64,000 nucleotides of DNA, taken from contig OZ024742.1 in the NCBI GenBank assembly GCA_964016885.1, positions 323,764,001 through 323,828,000 of the forward strand, read 5' to 3'. The position numbers and the translations under genes are program-made. The stretch comes from Eledone cirrhosa (taxonomy: Eukaryota). Each line of letters opens with the position of its first letter. The first letter of the stretch is position 1. Positions 29,072 to 40,940 of the stretch are shown here, one piece after another. The notes below the pieces were generated by a model, which was not told where the DNA came from, searched no databases, and saw nothing but the letters and a program-made list of their open reading frames with translations.

Positions 29072-32000
29072 TTGCTTGCCGATATGATGGATGGACTATG
29101 GAATTCTGGAGAGTCTGAAAAATCTGGACACTCAGTGACAATGCCAAAGATAAAGACAAATTCACCTCATGCTGCCGGACGAAAAGTCAAGGACTCCTCC
29201 TCCTTGTTTGGGCCGCGGATGGCCAACATAACCCCAACCCCCTCCCCACCAAACGCAATCCAAAACTTCAGAGTTAGTACCATGAATGTAGGCTCTAACG
29301 TGGTTGTAGAAGTGCCTGAACGTAAGGAGGTTGATGTTTGCTGTATCCAAGAGACCAAGTGGAGGGGTGGGTCTGCTAGATTCATTGTGGGTAAAAAACG
29401 ATGCTATAAGCTTTTCGGGGGGGGGGGGGTGACAATGGGCTGGGTGGGTAGGAATCATGTTAGCAGAAAAATGGGTAGATAAGATAATAGACGTGAACGA
29501 CAGAATAATTAAAATAAGACTTGTCCTAAATAGAACTACTGTGACAGTAATATCTGCGTACGCATCCCAATCCGGACTGCCTGGCGCTATAAAAGACAGA
29601 TTCTATGAGACATTGATGCTCACTACCTCCCAAATAACCGACAGTGACTACATAATTATTGCTGGCGACCTAAATGGTCACGTTGGACAACATTGTGACG
29701 GCTATGACGGAATCCATTGAGGCTATGGGTTTGGTACTAGAAATGAGGAAGGCTCCAGAATCCTGGAATTCTGTGACGCAAATAACCTAACTATCTGTAA
29801 CACTAACTTCAAAAAACGAAGACAATCACTTGATCACCTATAGATCAGGGGAACACGCCAGTCAGATAGATTATATCCTTACCAGAAGACGTGATAGTGT
29901 CTGTTGTAAATACTAAATCCCTCCCCCATGAAGAATGCACCTCCCAACATAAACTCATAGTCAGGACGAGACGTACTCGACAACAGAGGAGGACTATCCT
30001 CAGGAGAAAAATATGGAAGCTAAAGGGCCCCACAGCCAGTAATAAATTTAAAAGCATATTACTTGATGCTTTTGACAGTAAGGAAGAGCAATTAGTCGTA
30101 CAATATAGAGGAACAGTGGGAATTCCTGAAAGCTAACCTGCTGAAGGTGGCAGATGAAGTTTGTGGCTGGAGCAGGCCTATAGGCAGGAGGAGAGTAACG
30201 TGGTGGTGGAACAGTAAGGTGGAGGAGTCAATTAAGGCTGGAAAGTATGGCGGGATGGGGGAAGTAGAGAAGACTATCAAGTGTACTTTGCAAGAAGGGA
30301 AGCAGAGGAAAGAAAGTTCAAGCATGTTCTACAACGTGAGGTGTTCAGGATTGCTAGGCAATGTGTCAAGGAAAACCGTGATATTGTCGGGTTAGAAGTG
30401 TGTACTTGCCATCACTGACGCTGATAAGAAGGTAGCTTGGAAGTGTCACTACGAAAGGCTACTAAATGAGGAGAATAAATGGGAGAAAGACAGTCTCCCC
30501 CCCATCGATCCAATAGAGGGACCAGTAGTGCTAGTGGAAGGTAGTATAAGTAAGGCAATCAAAGATATGAAGACGGGTAAGGCGGCTGGGCCTTCGGAAA
30601 TAGTTGCTGAAATGCTGAAAGCATCTGGAACGGTGGGACACACCATGGTCACCCGGATAGTAAACCAAGTCATACAGAATGGGGCCGTTCCGAAGGACTG
30701 GCGTAGCAGCATCATCATTAACTGCTACAAGGGTAAAAGAAATGCCCTTGATAGGGGTGACTATAGAGGCATTAAATTAATCGACCAAGTCATGAAGGTC
30801 ACAGAAAAAGTAATAGCGCAACTAATCAGAGAACGAATTGATCTAGATGAAATGCAGTTCGGGTTTGTGTCAGGTAAAAGTACCACAGACGCTCTTTTCA
30901 TTGTACAACAACTACAGGAGAAGTACCTAGCTAAAAGTAAACCCCTATACTTAGCTTTTGTCGACTTGGAGAAAGCCTTTGACAGAGTCCCCGTTCCATT
31001 ATCTGGTGGGCTCTTAGAAAACTAGGTGTTGATGAATGGCTTGTGAGAGCTATACAAGCCATGTATAGAGAAACGGTCAGCAAGGTTAGAATTAACAACG
31101 AATATAGTGAAGAGTTTAGCGTAAAAGTTGGTGTTCATCAGGGCTCCGTCCTTAGCCTCCTATTATTTATTATTTCAGGCTATAACAGAGGAGTTCAAGA
31201 CTGGCTGCCCATGGGAACTCCTATATGCAGATGATCTAATGCTCATAGCTGAATCAATGGCTGAACTAGAGAATAAATTCCAAACATGGAAGCATGGCCT
31301 AGAATCAAAAGGCTTTAAAGTTAACTTGTCTGAGACTAAAGTTCTAGTTTGTAGGAAGGAAAATAGGGCACCAGTCCCATCTGGGAAATGGCCATGCTCA
31401 GTGTGTAGGAAAGGAGTAAGCAGAAACTCCATTTTATGTCCCAAATGCAAGGTATGGGTGCATAAAAAATGTAGTGAGATCACAGGTAAGCTAACTAAGA
31501 ATATAGATTTTATATGTGGCCGGTGCAATAAGTAGCAGCAAGTGCCCACAGAATACTAGCTCATTCCATTGCCCAGATGGTTCTATAGAAATAGTGGACA
31601 CCTTCCGTTACCTGGATGACAAAATGAGCAGTGGTGGCGGGTGCTCTGAAAGTACAGTAGCTAGAGTCAGAACGGGATGGAAAAGGTTCAGATAGTTTAT
31701 ACCACTATTGGCCACTAAAGGGTTCTCTCTAAAAATGAAAGGTAGGCTGTATGATGCCTGCATACAAACAGCAATGTTACATGGCAGTGAGACATGGGCC
31801 TTGTGTGCAGAGGATATACGCAGACTGGAGAGAAACGAAGCTTGCATGCTCCGCTGGATGTGTAATAGTAATATACGTGAACGGCAAAGCATAAACGAAC
31901 TAAGGGAGAAATTAGAAATAAGAGGGATCAGATGTTGTTTACTCGAGAGAAGACTACGTTGGTACGGTCATGTGATGCGCATGAAAGACGACAGCTGTAT

Positions 32001-32497
32001 AAAAAAGTGCAGAGCGATAAAAATAGACGGTAGCCACGGAGTAGGCAGACCCAGAAAAACCTGGGACGACTTGATAAATTCTGACCTCACACACTTACAC
32101 CTCTCCAAGACAATGTCACTGGACTGAGATCTTTGGCACTACACAGTTATACAGAAGATCCGCCTTGCCTAAGTACAAAGCAAAACCTACAGTCAGTAGG
32201 CATCTCTAACAAAATACACCCCCCATCCATACCATCCCCTTAAATGTGAAGTTATGAGGTCCTGTAGGTGTCACGACAAAAAAACACAGTCCCCGCTGTA
32301 ATGTGGCCGTGTAGGTAACACGGTAAAAATCTCCCAGTCCACACTGTAAACGTGGTTGGTGTTATGAAGGGCATCCAGCCGTAGAAAACCCGCCAGACAG
32401 TCCTATACGGGCAGGACAACCAATCTTGCCTCAAGTGGGAAAACTCCCGTCCAAACCCATGCAAGCGTGGAAGATGGACGTTAAACGATGATGATGA
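29072..32497 (+). mobile_element. Near-full-length disabled RTE-clade LINE (APE endonuclease + RT with inserted PHD finger + 3' UTR + (GAT)n tail)
   Basis: EN motifs TMNVG, VCCIQETKW, ISAYASQ, IAGDLNGHVG, SQIDYIL. RT motifs YRGIKL, QFGF, AFVDLEKAFDRV, GVHQGSVLS, LLYADDL, DTFRYL. C-terminal LRWYGHVMR and GRPRKTW. Tail ggacgttaaacgatgatgatgat. Several frameshifts and stops (e.g. TGA 29718, TAG 31533). 5' end uncertain. Confidence 0.95.
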
Positions 32498-32607
32498 TTT
32501 AACCCTTCTGTGAGCATATTCCTAATGAAAGACGCTTTATAATTTTCAAAATAATCAAGAATTCAGAGGGATATATCTTAAAAAAGGTACTTACATAAAA
32601 TCATTTT

Positions 32608-32760
32608 CATCATCATCATCATTTCATTTTACGTCCGCTTTTTCCCTGCTTGCAAGGGTGGGACGGGAACTGATGCTGGCTTGATTTCTACAGCTGGATG
32701 CCCTTCCTAACACCAACCTCATTTACAGTGAGTGCTGGGTGCTTTTTTGCCGTGGCACCT
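32608..32760 (-). mobile_element. Inverted copy of the RTE 3' UTR/tail
   Basis: (CAT)n...ttacgtcc...ctggatgcccttcctaacaccaacc is the reverse complement of 32325-32497. Confidence 0.8.
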
Positions 32761-32814
32761 CCACGGCCACTTTGCAGTGGAATGATAGGGACCCCAGTCC
32801 CTATCATCTCATTT

Positions 32815-32950
32815 CTACAGCTGAGTAAACTGGAGCAATGTGAAATAAAGTGTCTTGCTCAAGTACACAACACATCACCCGGTCTGAGAATTGAACTCAC
32901 AACCTTTCGATTGCAAAGCCAATGCTCTAACCACTAAGCCATGTGCCTCC
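32815..32950 (-). mobile_element. tRNA-derived SINE head (family B)
   Basis: Reverse-complement A-box (ccactaagcca) and B-box (gaattgaactc). Body ctggagcaatgtgaaat is shared with 40195-40432. Confidence 0.7.
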
Positions 32951-33174
32951 AAATAATGTTGGGAAATTTAAAGATAAATATAAACATTTAAAATAACAGT
33001 TTAGTGTTGCAGAAGCAGTTTGGTATCAAAAGGGTCACAGAAATGTTCATCATATTAGCTTGCATACAAGTTAAATATTGTATGTGTAAGAGAACTCTGC
33101 CAAGTGGTGGTGGAGTCTACAGTTTAGGTTCAATTCCAGATAAGTTAATTTCACTTACTCATCATGTGAACTTT

Positions 33175-33420
33175 CTGTCCCGTAAGGTAGTCATACTGGT
33201 GCTACAAATAAAAAACTAAAAAACCCAGTCTACCCTGTAAAGGTGGTAGTTCAGGTGCCATGATAAAAAGCTCACTGTCCACCCTGTAAGGGGTTGTACT
33301 ATGATGAAAAGCACCAAGTGACCCTGTAAGGTAGTAGTGCTGATGCCACAAAAAGAGCTCCCAGTACATGCTGTAAAGTGATTGGTATTAGGAAGATCTA
33401 CCTATAGAAAACAAAGTACT
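33175..33420 (+). mobile_element. RTE 3'-UTR-derived element with tandem ~45-bp units
   Basis: Repeated aaaaagc.cccagt..accctgtaaggtggtagt units ending in tgattggtattaggaag. Confidence 0.65.
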
Positions 33421-33830
33421 GATGATAAGCCAGTAGTTTGGATGGAAATGAGATGTGCTAGACTGACATAACCCACTACATGACACCATGCACAACACTA
33501 TAAAGAAGCATTACTTGTCTTGTCTCACCAGTAGAGGAGATTCTTTTAAATTCATGTTGGTGTTGGTCCTCTGTCATTTCCGATGACGTGAGCTTAAGTT
33601 GATTTAATCAATGGAACTGCTTGCTCCTAAAATTAACATGTAAATGGCTGAGCATTCCAGGTAGATTCAGTGTGACAAGGTTGGTCCTTTGAATTACAGG
33701 TGCAACACAGTTTTGCCAGCTGAGTGGACTGGAGTAATGTGAAATAAAGTCTCTTGCTCAAGGACTCAATGCACTGCCAGGTCTATGAACCAAACTCATG
33801 ATCTAGCAATTACAAGCCAAACACTAACCA

Positions 33831-34023
33831 TTAACCCTTTAGCATTTACATTACTCTATATTTACTATTGTATTTTCACAGCAATTACTTTATCTCACAT
33901 AATATCAAATCTATGAGATTTTGGTATTTATTTTGAGAACAACACCTTAACATATGTATGAACAGCTGGTTTGAACAGAATGAGGTGAGAAAGTTATGGC
34001 TGGTTTAAATGCTAAAGGGTTAA
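33831..34023. mobile_element. piggyBac-like MITE (TTAA target duplication) nested in a family B SINE
   Basis: TTAA-CCCTTTAGCATTTA...TAAATGCTAAAGGG-TTAA. Removing it restores aaccattaagccaagtgcc, the SINE A-box region. Confidence 0.85.
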
Positions 34024-34421
34024 GCCAAGTGCCTTCACTTTTAACTCTTAACATGTAATCATTTAGCAGAAAATATCTAAAAATGAGTTTGTTAATTGAA
34101 AAGGTTTGTAATATCTTTACAAATAAACAGATCATTGTGAAAATTTATAAGAATGTGTTGCTAATGCAGTTTTGTGTGGTACAAGATGTTAAGAGTTAAT
34201 CAGTATATATTTATGATAAAATCCTGTAAAAGTCTTAGATTTTAATATTAGTCAAAATTTCAATAAAATATTAAATCAAGATGGAATATCTTTCTGTTTC
34301 AAATTTCATGAGGTAACACATGGCTTGATTGTTATTTATTTCTTTTAAGTATATAATGCTAGCTATTATCTGTAATGCATATATGTATAAAAGAAAAAAA
34401 AACGGATTTAAAAAGGTTTTA

Positions 34422-34427
34422 TTTATT
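34422..34427 (-). terminator. Candidate HARS polyadenylation signal (alternative at 34335-34340)
   Basis: AATAAA on the - strand about 75 nt after the stop codon. Confidence 0.5.
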
Positions 34428-34499
34428 GTTAAAGCAGTTGAAAGTATCCCTAAAAAAATATGAATTGGCCCAAATATCCTGCAATATTAAATCCCATTG

Positions 34500-34562
34500 T
34501 TAGATCTGATTCTTCAACACTTCTCTGATTTCATTAATATAACTTTCTCTTGAAACTGTGTT
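34500..34562 (-). CDS. HARS: Histidyl-tRNA synthetase, last exon
   Basis: ttttacag|NTVSRESYINEIREVLKNQI*; in phase with the previous exon and aligns with the C-terminal helix of the anticodon-binding domain. Confidence 0.85.
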   Translation of the reverse strand, partial: NTVSRESYINEIREVLKNQI

Positions 34563-36139
34563 CTGTAAAACAATAACAAACATCTTAGATAAACAGAAGT
34601 TTAAAAAATCAAAGGGCAATATAATCAGAATTAATTTTCTCTTTGTACTAAATATTTTTTCAACTCTTTATATTCAATTTTTCTCCCATAACCTAAATGG
34701 CCAGGCTTTTGCACATTTGTATTTGAATACACCTTTTATTGATAGCATGTGATGTAAGGGATTTTTATACAGTTACCAGTATTGCAAGGTGTCTGAGGCA
34801 AAGACATTTAATTCTCAAATGGCCTAGTCCACCTAGCCACAGGGTAGGAACAACTTGTTGCTGTAAATAATAGTAATACTGTAAAATTGACAAGTAGTCC
34901 ATTGGATTACAGTGTTGAGTTCAACTCCTGTGAGTGTAGTTTAGAGAAGGATGACCTCCACTTAGTTATTTTCCCCCAGATATATTATATAGTAAATGAA
35001 AGATGATTGCTGTTGTGTTTAACCAAGGGTGAGCAGACCTAAGATAAAAGACATTCAAGCTATACTAATCCCATCTTGCACTTTTGGGGAATAGTAAACC
35101 TGAGACTATATTATCCAATGTGTTCTCTTTTAAGATGATAGGGTATAGTTTGATTATTACTAGCAGGTTAAGCAATCATATTATCTTGTGTAAACAACAT
35201 AACAACACCTATATGAAAATGAGATTTTAAATGATTATCCTATTCAACTTGCAAGAAATAGCAACCAAGTCTCTCTTGAACCACACTCTACCATCATCAA
35301 AAGCAATACATTTGATCATATAGTCATGGGCTCACTATAGCTCAATAAGTAACTCACTGATCACCACATCATTTTTAAGGTATCATCATTGAAAACACCT
35401 GGTAATCTCAGAAAAACTACAGAAGAACTTTAACTCAGTATTTCAAAATAACAATACACTAGTTAATTGTAATGCAGCTGCCATCCCAAAGTTTCTCTTT
35501 GCAACTAGGTGGACTGTGTCAACAAAACCCTAGAGTCTTAGCCATGGAAACTGTACTGATATTTTTGTTTTGTCTCTCTAGTATGCTTGTGAACTCAGTA
35601 TTGGATTTCAAAAACTGAGGGCAAACACTATTGGTTGAACTTAGAGCAAGATCTTTCATCACGGATTCTAATGTGTTTCATCTGCCTCTAAGTGCGATAC
35701 TGTATATGTAGTTCCCTTCTGTGTTCAGAGGATAAAATATTGAGTCATCTACTCAAGTTGTGAATTCAAATCTACAGCAGGTGATTTTACATTTACCTCA
35801 GTTCACCGAGCTGTCAGATATAGATAAGGGCTTATTTGAGTTAATCCAAGATCCTATTTATGGCAAGATTTATCTCTTATCTACTTCACACTATAACACC
35901 AGAGAGATTCTACACAGCTGGTAAAACTTTTAGAAATAACAGCCAAATCTCTGCCAAACTATCCCAGTTCCTTAGAAAGGGACATGTTGGATAATGTCAT
36001 TCTGGGTTCCCACCACTTGGGAGGAAAAAAACACTCAGATAGAATGCCTTGCAATCATAGGTCTGTTCAATCAGAACTGACCTAAGGATAAACAACAACT
36101 GATCTTTAAAAAAGTTCATTGTTGCTTTACTTTTATATT

Positions 36140-36323
36140 TAAAGAACCCAGTCCATTCTGTAAGGTGGTTGGTAACAGGACGGGCATCCAGCTGTAGAAA
36201 CCAAGCAACAAAGAGATTGTATGATCAAAACATGGTCACCTGACCTGTCTAGCCTTATAACGTGACAGCCCATCTAATCCATGCAAGCATGGAATATGGA
36301 TGTTAAATAGTGATGATGATGAT
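36140..36323 (+). mobile_element. RTE 3'-tail-derived element
   Basis: gggcatccagctgtagaaacc...ccatgcaagcatggaatatggatgttaaa..(GAT)n, as in the LINE tail. Confidence 0.75.
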
Positions 36324-36476
36324 GTGAACAGTTACAGAACATACATAAACAGAACCGGTTGTTTAGTGTGTATTATACATGTAACTACAAATACATGTTC
36401 ATACATAGATATATACATATATACACATGTCTATGATGATGAATATTGTCATGGAGGTCAATAATTAGATTCTTAC

Positions 36477-36623
36477 CTCTTCTCTGGTAGAAATAACACG
36501 GAGTTTCACAACACCTTTTTCAAGTTCAGACTGTCCAATAACAACAGCTAAAGGAATACCATTAGCTTCACAATACTGGATTTGGTCCAACAATTTTGGA
36601 GACTTTTTGTAGGAGTGTTCAGT
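36477..36623 (-). CDS. HARS: Histidyl-tRNA synthetase exon (anticodon-binding domain)
   Basis: ttacag|TEHSYKKSPKLLDQIQYCEANGIPLAVVIGQSELEKGVVKLRVISTREE|gtaaga; 147 nt. Confidence 0.96.
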
Positions 36624-36798
36624 CTGTAATAAAGGATAGTAAACAACAATAATTATTCTATATATTAGTTTGGTACTTTATTGACTGACCTTGTGCCTTA
36701 ATTTGAAATGTCTTATTAGAATTACAGCAGTAGAATAGCAGAACCAGTAATGTACAATTTGGTACATTACTGTTGAAATGTTAATAATAGTTTAAATA

Positions 36799-37011
36799 TA
36801 GGCACAAGGCCAGCAATTTCGAGAGAGGAAAACGTCAAATGGACTCCCACTCCAGAAAATGACTGGTATGTTCTGAGTTCAAATCTTGACAAAGTCAAGA
36901 GATTAAAGACAATTTTGACCATGTCAAGATTTGAACTCAGAGCATAGTCATTTGCTGGGGTAAGGGTCCATTTCACTTTTTCCTCCTCCAAAATTGCTGG
37001 CCTTGTGCCTA
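36799..37011. repeat. Long imperfect palindrome (~100-bp arms) built from SINE pieces
   Basis: Left arm taggcacaaggccagcaattt...tctgagttcaaatcttgaca is the reverse complement of the right arm tgtcaagatttgaactcaga...aaattgctggccttgtgccta. Loop about 12 nt. Confidence 0.85.
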
Positions 37012-37301
37012 AATTGAAAATAAATTTTATTGATCCCTGAGGGATTAAAGGCAATTTTAACCATGTCAATATTTGAACTTAGAACATATATAGTCATAAC
37101 TAAATACCACAAGGTATTTTGCATGTTGCTCTACCAATTCTGCCAATCCACCACTCTTGTTTCTAAGGCCAGAAAGTTAGTTGGAAAGAATGGTCAATTC
37201 AACTCCAGTACTTCACTGGTGGGATTTCAACTTGGAATGTAAAGAGCTGGAACAAATAATACAATTCTGATGCTTTACCACTTTCTGATAATCATCATCA
37301 T

Positions 37302-37517
37302 TTAACTCTTTAGCATTTAAACTGGCTGTATCTGCCCAGAATTTTCTCACCTCTTTCTGTTCAAACTGGCCATATCCAGCCACTCATACTAATGTTAAGG
37401 TATTGTTCTCAAAATAAACAACATAAAAATCTCATAGATTTGATATTATGTGAGGTAAAGCCTTTACCACAAAAATACAATAGTAAATATAGAGTAATGC
37501 AAATGCTAAAGGGTTAA
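37302..37517. mobile_element. piggyBac-like MITE
   Basis: TTAA-CTCTTTAGCATTTA...AAATGCTAAAGGG-TTAA; opposite orientation to 33831. Confidence 0.85.
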
Positions 37518-38698
37518 TGCCTGTCTTTGTTGTTAACAAGAGCTACTGACCTCTTGAATGGTGGACAGGATGTCACAGACCAAGTCAGCACTAAAGTGGA
37601 GCTACTGACCTCTTATATGGCCCAGGGCCTGCATCTCACACATGTTCCCACATTCAATCAAGAGTTCAAACAGGCTTGGATTCTGCAACTCACTTACATA
37701 CCCATCTGAGAGGTCAGCAGCTCTGATTAAGTGCTGACTTTGTCTGTGAAGACCTGTTAAACCCTTAGTTGCAGAGAAGATGATGATGACTGTTCCAATC
37801 AGCACACATCTTATGTAAAATGCTTGGATTATATACGTAGAAAACAAATTCCATAAAACTGAAAACACATGAAAGTAAGTGATATATGATCCATGTGTGT
37901 GTGTACATGTGTTATAGTCCAGCCATCACCATCAGAATTGTTACGAATAAGTCAGACATTGTTATCAAGGACCAGAGAAACAAAATTTGACAACTTGTAG
38001 ATGGCGCTACTATCAGAGGAATTAGAGAAAGTATAACACACACATACATTTATTACTAGTGTGATAACAAAAAGCATCCAGTCCACCCTGTAAGGTATTG
38101 GCATTAAGAAGAGCATCCAACCATAGAAAACCAAGTCCAAAATGGAGCAAGATATGTTCACCTAACCTGTCTGGCCTCATAATGTGACAACTCATCTAAC
38201 CCATGAAGTGGGTTCAATGACTTCATGGCAGAGTATCTGGACAAAAAACCATAATAGAGTAGCTAAATCAAGCCTCATAGTTACTGAGAAAGGTACAGAC
38301 ATCACAACTTTCCAATCATTGACCCTATCCCCTTCACAATCAATACACAAATTTGAGGCTCCATGTGATTGAAAGAAATAATCATTATGCTACAATCCAA
38401 TGTGAAAACCTTTACATTGTCACTCGATCTGATGGAAATAGCAGCCAAATCAAGCTCAAATCTGACTTTGAAAAAGACATATTAGATAATGCAGTCCAGG
38501 ATAAACTATTCTAGAAAATAAGACAGGATGATCACAGCTTGAATTGCTTTGATCACATGCAAGCATGGACTATAGATGGTAAACAATGATGGTGATGATG
38601 ATGATGACAGTTACAGAACATACATATACAAAACCAGTTATTTAGTGTGTATTGATTATAGCTGAGTTAGGGCTAAGCAATAACATCATTATTCTTAC

Positions 38699-38815
38699 TT
38701 TGATTTTGGCACCCCAAAGCTCACAGCAGATTTTCATTCGTTCTTCAACCAAGTTCTTTTGGGCTGACATAACGTACACCTCTGTAGATGTGGTACGAAT
38801 CTTCTCCTTTCCAGC
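38699..38815 (-). CDS. HARS: Histidyl-tRNA synthetase exon
   Basis: tttcag|AGKEKIRTTSTEVYVMSAQKNLVEERMKICCELWGAKIK|gtaaga; 117 nt. Confidence 0.96.
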
Positions 38816-40194
38816 CTGAAATAACAAACAGAAATATAATGTTCACTTTAATACAGCTATACTGTAAAATAACTAACTCTCAACAAAATTACATCCCTAC
38901 ATGTTACAAGGGTACATGAAGCTGGTGTTTAGTTCTTGATTAAGTAGAAAAAATATGACCTTCTTCTTGAGAGGGTCATGGGGGCAGAGTCTTCCAGCGG
39001 GTCCTGTCAGAAGCAACCGTCTCCAAGCATGACCAGCCAAGCTCATGGATGTTATCCAACCTTCTTGCTCAGGTCTACCCCTGGGTCTCTTGCTGTTTGG
39101 TTTTGCTCATAAAATCTGTCCAGCGATTCTTTTCTGAGACATTTTAACCAGATGCCCATAGAAATATGGCACTCACTCATAAAAATATCACTGTTAATAT
39201 TTAAGTACCTATTTAGTGAGTGTTTGGGGTGGCTTGCAATACTGATTTCAAATCCTGTAAGGCACAGGCATGGGTGCATGGTTAAGAAGTTTGCTTTGCA
39301 ACCACAAACTTTCAGTTTCTATCTCACAATAAGACATCTTGGACAAATGTCTTCTACTGTAGCCTCAAATTGACCAATACCGTGTCAGCGAATTTGTTTA
39401 TATGTGTACGTGTATATGAGAGCACTTGTTTCCATTTAACATTGTCTACATGTGCGATGATGTTTGATTATGTTCCACTGCTCAGCAATTTGACATGAGA
39501 AGATCAACACTTTACTTAATGAGAAGGGTTGGTGTCAAGAAGGTTATCTAGCAGTAGAGTACTGCCTCATAATAAAGTCTTGTCCAGCCCTTGTCAACAT
39601 GGGAAAGCAAATATAAAAACAATGATTATAAGTATGGCACCCTTTCTTAGAAAAAAAAGTTAAGCATTAAGCTATTAATACATCCTCCTCATCATTTAAC
39701 ATTACTCAATCTGTTAAAAATAACAGCAAAATTTCCCTAAATCATATCCTATCATCTTAAAAATAGTGTATTTAGGATTACATTGAATAATGTAATCCAA
39801 AATATACTATAGAATGCCTTGCAATCATAGGTCTGCTCAATCAGAACTGACCTGGGGTTAAACAATAACAGCTGGTCTTTAAAAGTCCATTGTTGCTTTG
39901 ATCACACCTGAAAAGCTTTTGATTATAGGTTCACCTGAATTAAGCTGACCTGCAAATAATCTTCAACACAATTGAGTTGACTGCTTAACTTTTCCAGATC
40001 CAGAGATACATATCGATATGTAATTAAACGTATTGATAAGGAAAATGAAATTCCATAACATTTATGCCTTTTTCAAAGTATTAGTGAAGTGAAATAGTTT
40101 CAACCAGAAATTAACTCTTAACATCTTATACTGCACGAGACCATATTAGCAAGACATTTTTGTCTAAGTCTGTCTTAAGCAAGAAGGCTTGTTA

Positions 40195-40432
40195 GGCCGG
40201 TGCTTATCCCGGTTTCATGGTGTGAAGCGACTGAGAGTACAAGACTTCTCCCTGGACAGGACACCAGTCCATTGCAGGGTTAAACCTGGTACTCATTTTC
40301 AGCTGGTATACTGGAGCAATGTGAAATGAAGTGTTCTGCTCAAGAACACAACACGCAACCCAGCCCAGGAATCGCACCCACAACATTATGATTGTAAGTC
40401 CAATACCCTTACCACTAAGCCACGCACTTCCA
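40195..40432 (-). mobile_element. tRNA-derived SINE (family B), body resembling the V-SINE domain
   Basis: A-box TGGCTTAGTGG (40412-40422) and B-box GGTGCGATTCC (40368-40378). Body CCCTGCAATGGACTGGTGTCCTGTCCAGGG resembles the V-domain as recalled. Confidence 0.75.
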
Positions 40433-40761
40433 CAAGACATTCTTGAAAAGTACAAAATAGTAATGTGACTGCAACACATGAAAAATTAAATTCTTTACTG
40501 CAAATTTTCACAACAATATATCCACAAGTAAAGATACTATAAGTATTTGAATTAACAACCCTGTTTTTAAATATTTTCTGCTAAATCATTATAGGATGTT
40601 AAGAATTAAATACAAGTCACATAATTAGGCATCAGTTTGCTGGGAAGAAATAACAGCATAATAATAATGCAGTAAAAAAAAAAAAAATAGGAGCATTTTC
40701 TGATAAAATTAACATTGTCCTATTTTTTATTGCAACATTCCAACATGTCTTGAAGTCTTAC

Positions 40762-40940
40762 CAGAAGTTTAGCTTCCATTATGGCAAAGATACGTTCTAT
40801 TCCAATACTGACACCAACACATGGTACTTCCTTGCCTTTTGGATCAAACATTCCAACAAGGCCATCATAACGTCCTCCACCAGCAACACTACCAACAGCA
40901 ACAGCTTCTATATCTCCTGAGTCTGTTTTGTAGGTGTGAC
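40762..40940 (-). CDS. HARS: Histidyl-tRNA synthetase exon (histidine-B motif and class II motif 3)
   Basis: ttttctag|(G)[59 protein letters not shown]|gtaaga; 179 nt. Confidence 0.98.

Noticed and set aside
29072-32127. Active retrotransposon or host gene
   Set aside because: The ORF is broken by several frameshifts and in-frame stops.
40360-40432. tRNA genes at A-box/B-box pairs (also 44331, 59870, 63615)
   Set aside because: No convincing cloverleaf, and each continues into a shared SINE body.
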